DNA of 64,000 nt from Macrostomum lignano (taxonomy: Eukaryota): the NCBI GenBank assembly GCA_002269645.1, contig NIVC01003126.1:26235-90234 (forward strand), read 5' to 3'. Positions 45,323-57,300 of the stretch are shown piece by piece. The notes beneath the pieces were generated by a model that was given only the letters and a program-made list of their open reading frames with translations, was not told where the DNA came from and did not search any database. The position numbers were made by a program, and so were the translations under genes. Positions within the stretch are counted from its first letter, which is position 1, and every line of letters starts with the position of its first letter.

Positions 45323-48300
45323 ATGTGCGACGATGAAGACGCATACCCCTACTACGACCACCGTGGCTGGCGGCGTCTAAGGCCGCAACAGTCGCTAGAA
45401 GAGATTTATAACTTACTGCGCGACTTCGCTACTACTGATGAAGTAGTTATTAAAGCCCAAACAAAAACTGAGAGAGCGGATAAGCTTCTGTCTGATAACT
45501 CAGAAAACCACTGTCTCTGCAGGATTAAATTTGAACAGAACGGGCAGACAGTCGGCATTCCTGAGGGTAAATTTAAGGACTGTAAAAAAATTGTCCTACT
45601 AAACAACAACCGGAAGTATGAATACAACGATCTGGTTGTGGTGCGTGTTATCGAACAAAGAGTTGGCCGACCAGTTGAAGGCATCATCAAGACTCGTTAC
45701 GAAGTAATCCCAGCTTACAGATTGTACCGACCTGAAAAATTCATTGGCAAACGAACAACTGTGCTGTGCATTGTTCACCTGGCCGACTCTTTCAATTCTT
45801 GGGCCCAGCCGGTCTCAGACGAGACCATTACCAGAATTATTCTGCCAAGCAGGGCCGCCTGTGCATGTGCGGCAGACGGCGACGCTTGCTACGTGAATCT
45901 GTTAAACCCGGAAGATCGCGGCTCAGATAAACAACTTTTCGGTCGAGTGGTCGCCATAGAACAGCAGGCGCACAAGTTGAAGCATAAACTGTTGCTATGC
46001 CGCATAGTGCCCGGTAGCTATGCTCATATGGAGCCTCTCTGCGGCACTGTGCCGAGAATCACGTACGACAACTTGCATGCTCAACGCTTCGATGCCGAAG
46101 TGACTAAAAAGTTCAAGGAACACATCGGCAAGGAAAGTCAAGGCGCCGACATGGAATACGAAGAACGATTGCGATTCGCCAATTCTAACTATGTGACTCT
46201 GTTTTCCGTCAAGCTACGAGTAGATCCGAATACGAGTAATGTGCCAATTTTTCTGCCTAGAGCGGCAGTGAAAGTTAACAAGGATAACTGCGACAAGCTC
46301 TTTCTGGTGTGCTACTCACTCTGGCAGGTCGGGTATCCGTATCCGAAAGGACACGTTGTCGCCATAATAAACAAGAAAGATTTCGAACCAATGCGCGATC
46401 TATTGTTGTCAGTTCAATTTTCATTGCCGTTCATAAAAGCCGACGAAGAAATGGAGGCCAAGTTGAAGACAGAAGTATCCAAAGTTGCCAGTGAGGTCAG
46501 CAAATGCTGCAGCGATGCCGGCAGAGAAGACTGTCGCAGCCTTCTGGCAATCACTATCGATGACGAATCGACGCGAATGTTCGACGATGCTTTATCACTT
46601 GCAGCCATTTCCGAGAATGTCTACGAAATTGGAGTCCACGTGACCGATGCGTCCTACTACATTGAGAATAATTCTGCCTTGGACAGAACAGCACAAGAGA
46701 ATCTCATTGAAATTGAAGGCAACGATGCTGTTAAACACTCTGCACACTTATTTCCGCAAAGTCTGTCTCTGAACTGGCTCAGCTTAGTTGCCAATCAGTC
46801 AAGAAAGTGTTTATCAGTGTTTTTCACTGTCCGATTTGATAAGGCCAGCAGTTCATTCAGCATAGAATCTAAAAGAATTCTTCCTACCGTGATTAAAGTT
46901 CGTTGCAATTTGAAAAAGTCACAAGTTACCAAAGTGCTTACTCAGAATGAGTCACCCGAACGTAGAGATGACAAAGAAGTTGCTAGCATGCTGAAATTCC
47001 TCTGCAAGATTTCCATTCGATGGCGACTGGATCGACTCGGTGAGGCAGCCTTCTGCCAGTCGCCAAGAACCGGTGAGCCTCCCGTCGATCAAAACTTCGA
47101 AGCTAGCTGTTTGGTAGAGGAATTCATTCTCAAAGCTAATTTTGCCGTGGCAGAATTTCTAAAGAAAGAAAAAGCCGGAAACTACCCGATTCGAGTGCAG
47201 GACCCTCCCAGAGAAGCGGATATTGCCGCGTGGCTAAGAAATCACGGCGCCACTGTCGATCACTCGTCGGAGCTCTCGCGCTACTTATACGATCTGTTAG
47301 TGATTGTTCCGAATGAGCCTGCCAGCAGTCTGATTCTTGATCGCAGAGATTTTGACGATCTGCGAGTCATTTCTGACAAGAGAAAGTTTCTTTTGCGTCT
47401 GTTCTCTGAGAAGCAGTTCTCTCACCTGTTGCCCGCGATATCTGCGTGGCATCGGATTTCAAACAGAGCCGAGTATCGCATTGTTAGGAACGAGCCCAGC
47501 AAGCATTTCAGCTTGAACACCGAGGACTATGTCCAGTTTACAAGTCCTCTGTGGCGCTATACCGACTTGCTGATTCACAGGCATTTGAGAGTCGCTTTAA
47601 AAGTCTGCGATCAGAGCAGTATCGGCGACGCAGCCGAAGACATACAAAAATTTGAGCAATCTGTTAATAAAAAAGAAGTTAAGCTGATCAATCTACAGAA
47701 GAAAAGACAAGAAATTGACTTCGGACTAAACCTTAATTCGAATACTCAAAGATTCTTTCCTGCCACTGTAGAGTCAGTCGGGGAAGGCTATATTAGTCTT
47801 GCCTGCTCGCCAAGTACCAAAGCGGCTGTTCTTTCGAATCTGATCGTAAATCCCAGCCACCTGGGCCTGTTCTCGTCGCCAACAATCAGCGAAGGCTTAA
47901 TGGAATTGGCTTGGAATTTGCGGGTTTATTATCACGAAGACTTCGTTCGGCGAGGTCAGTGTGTTGCCAAGATAGATAGAAGCGTGGAGCCGCAAACAGA
48001 CAGAGGGCAACTACAAAGAGATTCGAATAGCATTCAAGACGGCGTTACCCAGGATGTGCTACTCAAGATTCAGAGTTTAAAAAGAAGCATTTGCGAAGCT
48101 GTTGGTGACTACAGTCAAATAGACATCCACGATCTAAGGCTGATGTTAGCCGAAGTGGGACGTGTTGAGGAACAGGTGGACATTAATGAGGTTCACTCGG
48201 ATCCCGGAATACAACGAACAAATATCTTAAACGCGTTGATCAAGCTTCATCTAAAACTAACTATTGGCAAAATCCTCAAAGTGCAGCTTTGCAGCGATTC

Positions 48301-51300
48301 CCAAACGGATATGCAGACAGCCGTTGTGCCTCAGCTGTTGGAAATCTGTCCAAATCTTTGCATCTGTTTGCAGCATCGCTCTCGCCCGATTCCTACGCTG
48401 GTTCCTCTTGCATTGCACGGCGCTCCTACAAGCTATAAAGATATAGAACACTATTCCAAAGTTTGGTTAGGATTGCTGAGAATGGAGTCGGCCAATGCCT
48501 GCATCTCGGATGAGAATGTTTTCGTGATTCATCATGTACCACTGACGCTGCACTGGAATGACCGGCGCAAGAAGCATCGAGCTTTTGCTCTCTTCAGCCT
48601 GTCTGAGAACTATTGCGAAAGACGAGGCATCTCGTTTGCTCAAGTTGAAGTCAAATCGTCGGAAGAGAATGAGCAAATTTCCGATGAGCGACTGCTCATT
48701 GAGGCCGATAATCGCAAGGTTTCATCCGACTATGCGTGCATTCGAATTCCGGAAACGAAGTGTAATAACATCATAGTGCTTCATGGAAGCGTTGCTCTTG
48801 TGTACAAGACTGGAGATAGGTTTAAAGTGATTGTCTATTTGGACGGCAAGTGTGACGAGTTCGCTGAGCCAACTGGAGGCTATAAGAAGGAGGTCACAGC
48901 AACCGTTGAAGTGATAAAAAAGCCGATGCCTCTGCTCAGAGAAGAGCTAACCATTGCTAATTTGGATGAGACCGTAAATGATCAACTAAGCCGTAATCTT
49001 GATGATAATATCATCATGTCGTTGATATTTTGGAGTAAGAATAGCATCAAGAGAGGTATGCTATATTTTCTTAAAATTTGGAAATTAATAACTACGAGTA
49101 AATGAATTCCCATAAAATCACAGTCAATTCTAATACTAATAAATTTTAGTGTCGAGAAACTCTGGTGACTATTTTCGATACCTCCAAGACTATTCGGTGA
49201 GGTCATTTGCCGTAAAAGTTCTTGTCGAATCTGACACAAATAGTGTACCTACGAGAAGAGTTCAAGCAATTGCTTGCAACACGAGCCAGTCCAGGGCGAT
49301 CAGCAACTCCTTGAGATTTCCCATCTCCCTAATTTGGGGGCCGCCTGGTAAGCGTTCAATCTATTTACGTGTCGAAAAATGAGTTGGCAAAGATGACTTC
49401 AAATTATCGATCACTCTACCAAAAAACCTTCATTTCTAACCCAGTGTTTGAGCTAAATTAAATCTAAAGACTGAAGTTCTGTCTGCGGACCCCCTGGCCC
49501 TTTCGTTATCTTATCTTAAGTCACAGTCGACTATCGTTTTATCGTATATGGCGCCCGTGCAAAAATGCAATAAGCAAGTCTAAGCTATTGCGAAGTCCAG
49601 TTCAGTGCAGCTGCCCTGAATCTCACTCGTTGCGATATCTCGTCAACTATTTTGTACTGCACTGGTCTCTGTCCCTACGTCGTACGATGCTGGCTTGCAG
49701 CGACGGCCTGTCATCGGAGTAGTTCGCAACTTGTTTTTTGAAAATCTCGTTGACATTCATTGATAGCTTATATGTATAGTTTATTAATTATTACTTTATT
49801 TCCTCAAATACTAAAATTTAGAGAATTTTCACCAAGTTTTATATTTTCGCCTTTGCCTCTTTTGTCGTGTTTTCTGTGTCATAAACCTGGATGCTTCAAT
49901 TTTTGGACTGGCCGTCTTCAGTGACGGGAGTTCTTGGCTTTAGAAGAAGCGCCTCCCAATTCAAGTTGTCATGGTTCTCAGTGAAGACGAGCTATCTTCA
50001 GCAATCAGGAAGCGTGCAGATATCCGCACAGTGATCAAGAAGGCTGAAAAACTTCTCTTTGTGGACATTGGTGGAGATGTCGATCGTGCTCAAGCGGATT
50101 CGATTGTGCAGATTGGGAATCGCAGATCAAGCTCCCCAAGATGCAGATGCACATTCACGGGGGGGGGGGGTAATTTCGTCTTGGCAGTCCTTTGGAATCC
50201 GCTTGACTTCCCCATTAATCGCAACTCTAACCTATCAGATATAGACAAGTTCAATTATCTTGTCAGCTCTCTACTTCAGTCAAGACCAAGCAGACGTTTA
50301 ATGAAACAGACGTCTAATAAAACAGATTGCGGATCATCTAGAATCCCGATTGAGACCAAAAATATCGGATATTGTGACATTGTAATATAATGACTTCGAG
50401 ATAGGTATTTGGCCAACGAGAAAGCAGCAAACCGTTGATGTATTCGTGCAGTAGTCCTCCGGAGAACTTTGTAGCTCTGGTGATCGCTCCGAATTGCATT
50501 TCGACATACTAAGGTAACGGGACCGCTAGATCACGAATAACTTGTCGTGTACGATATGATAGAAGAAATCTGATTCAATCAGTATCAAAATCGGAGTATG
50601 TCCGTCGCGTGAGTCATACGGATCGGCGAGATCCAAGCCGGATATATACAGGTGTGCTCATATTCATTGGCCCTCACAGATTGCTGTGGTTGACAAATAG
50701 TCTCAACTATGTTCGCCTGGAGTACAACTGTCTCAAAGGAATCGAGATTGTGCAAGGAAAACTTTGCACAGCCAGATTGGATGCTTGTGTTGCGACAATA
50801 CGCTCGTAGAAGGTAGAGACACTCATAACTGTTCAGTCGTTTCCACACAAAAAAACCATGGCCGCACAAACATCCTGTCGAATATAACTCCGATTGCTTG
50901 CGGTGTCGAGAAGGACGCGGACCATTATTCTCTGCGACCGTCGGCGCTTAAAATAATAGCTTTGGCAACTGATAATGCTACTGAGGAATTCCCAGCGTTA
51001 AAAAAATGACGTGACAAGTGGAAATACTACCAACTGTGATGGCTGGGCCATTGTTGCAGCACAGGGCAAATATGAGGATGAAAGAGTCGAACGAGATGCT
51101 ATATTGAGATGCTAATGTCTTTATAGGTTCAATCCTAAAGCCGTTATTTTTTGTCCTTTTCCATGAGTTTTCGAATTCGTTAGGCTAACTTTTCTTGACA
51201 AACTATTGCCAAAGTTTTTTTAAAGGTTTTTGTAAACGGGTCGTTCTCCGAATTATGATAAATTTCTTGGTGGCGACTAAGTTACGCGTCATTATTCGTC

Positions 51301-54300
51301 ATTTTTTTCACTTACTTGGTCCACTTTTAACGTTTTATTTTCCATGCACATGCACAGAAAGTAACCCATTTAGTCTCGTATTAATTGATTTTTTCATTAT
51401 CTGATTTATCACAGGCACCGGCAAGACGCTCACGGGAGTTCTAATAGCTTACTGGTTCTCAAGGATCAATCGCTGGATGGATAACGGGTCTCCGATTCAT
51501 TCAGACGACGACGATACTATGATCGACGACTCGGATTCGGAATTCGTTAAAATCGACTTTCCAGATATGAACAAACTAAGAAGTGACTATCGCGGTTACG
51601 GCTACACCCGTCCTAAAGATGCGTCCTCCACCACCAAGGTGGGAAAAGAATATCTGCAAGTCAAAACCCGTCGACAAGTCTTGTACTGCGGACCGTCGAA
51701 CCGCTCTGTGGATGTTGTTGTCGAGTACCTGCTGGATAAGCTGGGTAACAAGTGCCCGAAAGTTATTCGGGTCTTCAGTAAACATTTTGAAGACGCTCAG
51801 TATCCCACACCGTTCTACAAGCCGGACACGACGAGACGACCAACTGAAGTGACCTGCAGCGACAGAGTACGCGACGTGTCGCTTCACGAGCTTATTCGCA
51901 AATCCGGTAGTCAAAGTGCAAGGTTGATTCGAGACTTCGACGCGGTCTTTGAGTCTTTTAATTCTCGCCAAATGCGTGACGCGCCATCAATGGTCACTTG
52001 TCTAACAGAGCAGGCTGATCGCAGTCCCGAATTTTGTCAGTTTCTAACCAAAAACAGTGACGAAATGCCACCCATATCACTGCTGGCTGAAAATAGAGAT
52101 GAAAACGCCAACTTTTTCGACAGCCTAAAGGGTCTGGTCAACCTTTACGATGAATTAGTGCGAGTTGAAAAAATTAAAGCCCTCCAAGAAGCTGATATCG
52201 TTCTTTGCACAACTAGCAGCAGTGCGAATGGTCTGATGCAAAAAGCGTGCAAATTCACCCAGATTATAATCGACGAAGCTGGCATGTGCACCCAACCGCA
52301 GGTGCTGGTGCCGCTGGTTGGCAAAGCGGAAGCAATACTGCCGCCGGGATCGCCTCTGATACTGCTATCAAACAAGGGAGGGTCCGAGTTGAGGCCGGCA
52401 TCGAGCTACGCTGAACGGCTGGTCCTACTGGGCGACCACAAACAGTTGCGTCCAATCGTGCAGTGCCGAACTGCCAGTCGGATGGGCTTCAACATGTCGT
52501 TTATGGAGGCGCATCAAAAGGACTCTGTCATGCTCGAGGAGCAGTATCGTATGGTACGTGAACTTTTCGGGTCGTGAATAGGGATATATATGTAGACTGG
52601 CAGCATTTGAAGTTGTTGGAGTACACCAGAAGTCAAGCAATTTGCCTATTTTTTCTATAGAATTTTCACCTATTTAAACTCTTTGCAGCATCCCAGTCTC
52701 GCTGACTTCCCGGCCATCGAGTTCTACAACAGCAAGCTCATCACTCGCCCGTCGCCGTCGTGGACAGGCGTGGATCCGGACGTTGATCTGGCCAATCCGA
52801 CCGAGCGCAGCAAGTGGAACGGCTTGAACGTTCGCCTGCTACAGGGCCGCATGTTCGACAATCCGAGAGAGCCGTCGAAACCGGGGGTCCTGACCAGCGA
52901 GTGCGTCAATATATTCCACGGACAATGGCCGGGCCTTCGCACCCAGGAGAGCTGTCGCAGGCAGGGTCACGTGTATAGAACGCTGCCAAACAAAGTGGCC
53001 AAGCCGGCCAGTGTAGGACCGGAAGGAGAGGAGGATCGGCTGGTGTTTCTGCATCGCGAAGGCGAAGAGGAGCTCAGCAGTGCGGCCAGCGACGAAGGTG
53101 GCGAATTTTCGCGCTGCAATCGGCTGGAGGTTGAAACTGCGGTAAGTCTTGCGTGAATGGGTCATTCAGTTAGAATGTTTGTAGAGCTTGCGAACTTTTC
53201 CAGCTCGCAAGCTATGAAGTTATGAACTGTGCCCCTGATTGCAGAGTGTATTTCATTGACCTTGTTGTACGACCTAGTAACCAGCCAAAAATGCAAACAA
53301 AGATACATTCGGCAGCATTTAGAACACCGCCATCAAATCGGAGTGTGAGCAGTTGGGTCGTTCTCAAAGTTTAGTCGTAAGCAGTGAAACAAATATTTTT
53401 GAAAATCAGCCTGAAATATTGAATCTTTTCTTATTTTAGCTCTAAAAGGACTTAAAAAATATATGCCTCTCATGGGTCTTAATCTTTTTTAACATTGAAC
53501 TTTTGATGTTAATCTCATCAGAGTGCGCTATTTCATTTTTCGATATATATTTTTATTATCGCACGAGCTATAATACCCACTTTAGAGAAGCTACATTCTG
53601 TTCACGTGGTCTTATTAAAGAAGAAAATTGATAAATGTTATTTATAACTTTGGTTAACACAACCTAGAACCCATTTAACTCTTTCGATTGCAAAGCAGAT
53701 GTTGCTATTTCGATTTTTGCTAGAAACGTAACATTATGAATGATTAAAAAATTCACTTTTAATTAATTTGTTCTGTTGATAGAATAAGCTAATAGCTGCG
53801 TTTTCTGCTGTTTTTTTAAGAAAGATAGTCATATCTAACACTAAAGTATCAATTAAGGCAGTTTCATTCTATATTAAAAAAGAAAAGTTAAATAAATTCA
53901 ATTTTAAGTTTTTTTCAATAGCACAAAATTAACCTAACAAAGAGAGATTTCGCTGACTACAACAAAGCAAGTAGCACCAAAGTTATTTTAATTTAAAGTC
54001 CTCATCTGTGGGATGAGAAAAAGTACCACTTTTTTGTCTCTAGTTATGAAAAAAAAATTTCTCAGCATATTGTTAGGTTTTTTGGATGTTTTTTATGTAC
54101 GCTCGTATTTAGATGAATTTTTGCTATTAATCACCCAATATGTTAGTCAGAACAAACAGAATTTCATTTATGTAGATAAAATTGACTATTTTTCTCTTAA
54201 AAACAGTCGTTTTTTGTTGTTTTCACACAATTTTTTTAACTGATTTAAAATTTGTATTGTAAGTTACAAGTAAACATAATGAGTCAAAACAAGAGGTAGT

Positions 54301-57300
54301 AGAAACTGAAAAGAAAATAAGAGTAACGAATAATAAAAAAGTTGCATGATTTGATTAGTCAAGAAATAGTATAAAAACAATTTTGCATCTGATTTATTAT
54401 CTATGAAATTAGCTGTCTGAAGCACAAAAAATTAATTTCTTTGAAACATTAAATTCATTCTCATATGTTCTGCAATTCATTAAAGATATATATGTAGCAA
54501 CTTAAACATTCAGTTGATACTTTCCACCTTTGGATGCATATAGCTACTAACAAGAAAAAAGACAAAAGAAAAAACTTAATTGCCATTGATGCTGGCAATG
54601 TAATATTAAATATGGTACAGAAAGATGGAATCTCTACAGAGTGCTGCCACACGAATTTGTGAAGTGTTTAACAGATTAGTCATGGCAGTACCATAACAGA
54701 CATACTATATTTTATATTACTCTTCGATTGACAATTACGCTTTAGATATGTTTTAGATGATGATTTTCCATTGGGACTGACTCTATATACCGAGGCCAGA
54801 CACAGTTAAGTGCGGCTGACAGCACTGAAGCGGCGGTTAACAGAGAATGCGATGAGCTGTGGCCTGTGGAGACAGCCAGCTGATGTACGAGCATCAGTAA
54901 AAGGGAAAGACATCCAATAGTGTCTTGCTATTGGTTTGTTACATGTACAGCGAACATCTACTTTTATTCTAATGTGATCGATTTAATTCTACTGACCCAA
55001 TTGGCTAAAGCACTGTAAACTGCACACCTCTCGGACGGATATGTAATGCCATTTGCTGCACTTTTACCTGTTTCTCTGCCAGAACACCAGCATCATTGTA
55101 TGTGCCACAATGCTAAGATGTGCAGTGGTCCTTTGGATGTGGTTAGTTCTGCAGGCATCGACGTAATTTATCAAATGAGACGAATTGTATACCGAGCATG
55201 ACAGCTAGTGCAGGGCCAGAATCGATTACAGAGGTTCGCCAGAGCAATTGCAGTGATCCATGTGGCTGCCGAGTCAGACGTCTGTAATAGGCTAATTAAC
55301 TTACCAAGACCAAAGTATTTAATTTAAATTTATAAGCTGCTCTTTTAGTAGTTATGCAGCATAAGAAAATAGTATAGTAAAATAGTAAAATAGTATTAAA
55401 GCTATGTTGCAGAATATAAATGCTTGCTGAATTATTTTTAAAAAAAAACGCAAGTCTGTTCGAAAAAAGATACATGCATTTTAGGTTTTAAAAGAAATGG
55501 CTTCCTAGCTCGTTTACTATATATATTCTAATTCAAAAAAACTTTTAATGCTTTAAAAGACATATTTTGCAAGCCTAATTTTTAGCTAAACCAGTTTTGT
55601 ATATTTTAAGCATCATATTTCGGTGTTTAAGTACAATATTAAATTCTTGAGTGGTACAATATCAATTATTTCGGGTGTTTCTTGTTACGCGATAATTTTA
55701 AATACAAGCAATTTATACGAAAAAAAACAAAATGTTGATTTAAAAATAACATTTTCTATTGAAATAATACTTATTAAATAGTAAACATAGAATAAAAGAT
55801 GTATCTAATTTATAAAAAAATAAAAGAAAACTTGCATTATTTCACAATTTTTGGTCGTTTTATTTTCCGTTGCGAAAAATAACAAATTGCTAGATTTCGT
55901 CTTAAATATTTGGTTTCTTGTGGTTTTAACGGCAGTTTTTTAATTAAATTGACGAAAGAATCGTTTTTGCAAAATAATTACTTTATTCAAAAACTTTTTT
56001 TTCTGTACCAAAACATCATGACCTTAATTTGAGAACTACCCAGTTGTTATTAACAAACAAGTCTTTTCTTGATAAACAGGTGCAAGTTTACAAAGAGATC
56101 TACTTGCGCTTAACCGGAGTTCGCAGAGCCAATCCAGCCTCATCTGTAGCCATCATCTCGCAGTATCGGTACCAGGTGTCTGCGATCTCAACTCGGATTC
56201 GTCAGCTCAAATTGCCGATGCCAACAGTGAAAACGGTGATCGCCTGTCAGGGCAGCGAGTTTGACTACGTTATCCTCTCGCTGGTTCGGTCGTGTCCCAG
56301 ATTCCTGATACCGAGAACCAGTGTGCTGAGCTGGGAGCTCAAGTTTCTCGGCTTCATTACGGACGAAAACCAGATCAACGTGGCTCTTACAAGAGCGAGG
56401 CGTGGCCTCTTCATTATCGGTGGGTTCTCATCAGAATATTTACTGGCTTTGCAGGCTTTACCTGCAGTGTAGCCAAGAGTTTGGTGCCCCTAGTATTGGC
56501 GCCCCTGGTGCTAAAGCCCCTGGTGCTAAAGCCCCTGGTGCTAAAGCCCCTGGTGCTAAAGCCCCTGGTGCTAAAGCCCCTGGTGCTAAAGCCCCTGGTG
56601 CTAAAGCCCCTGGTGCTAAAGCCCCTGGTGCTAAAGCCCCTGGTGCTAAAGCCCCTGGTGCTAAAGCCCCTGGTGCTAAAGCCCCTGGTGCTAAAGCCCC
56701 TTGTGCTAAAGCCCCTGGTGCTAAAGCCCCTGGTGCTAAAGCCCCTGGTGCTAAAGCCCCTGGTGCTAAAGCCTCTGGTGCTAAAGCCCCTGGTGCTAAA
56801 GCCCCTGGTGCTAAAGCCCCTGGTGCTAAAGCCCCTGGTGCTAAAGCCCCTGGTGCTAAAGCCCCTGGTGCTAAATCCTCTGGTGCTAAAGCCCCTGGTG
56901 CTAAAGCCCCTAGTCCTAAAGCCCCCATGAAAAATCCTTATTACGAGCTACACCCCTGGATTTCACCAGAGTTTAGTCAGAAACTGTATAGCAGTATTTT
57001 TCGTGCAATTTATTATTCATATATTCTAGTTGTTTAGCTAGACACTGGACAAAAATTTCCCAGAAAGGGTTGACAAAAAAGTGTCAGATCTGTCACAGGT
57101 AGCAGCTAACCTTAACCCCCCCCAGTGTGATCGCATCGCATGGCAGTCTCATAAAGCTTTTAATGCTGAGCCATTGTCAAATAGTTCTCACAGCGCTTGG
57201 CTAAATTTTTCTAATAGCTTGCAGTCCCGATAGGTGGCGTAATTTTATATATAGCTTAAACAGAAGGGGTTGCAAATGGACTGACTGGTCAAGTCTCTTA

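Noticed and set aside
54760-55270. GC-richer block in helicase intron 4 as an extra exon
   Set aside because: Exons 53141 and 56080 already join in frame with no motif missing, and the block has stops in the frames I read.
56292-57037. AKAPG / LVLKP repeat ORFs
   Set aside because: 15-bp intronic minisatellite; the helicase continues properly at 59895 (G|NSHLL...W).
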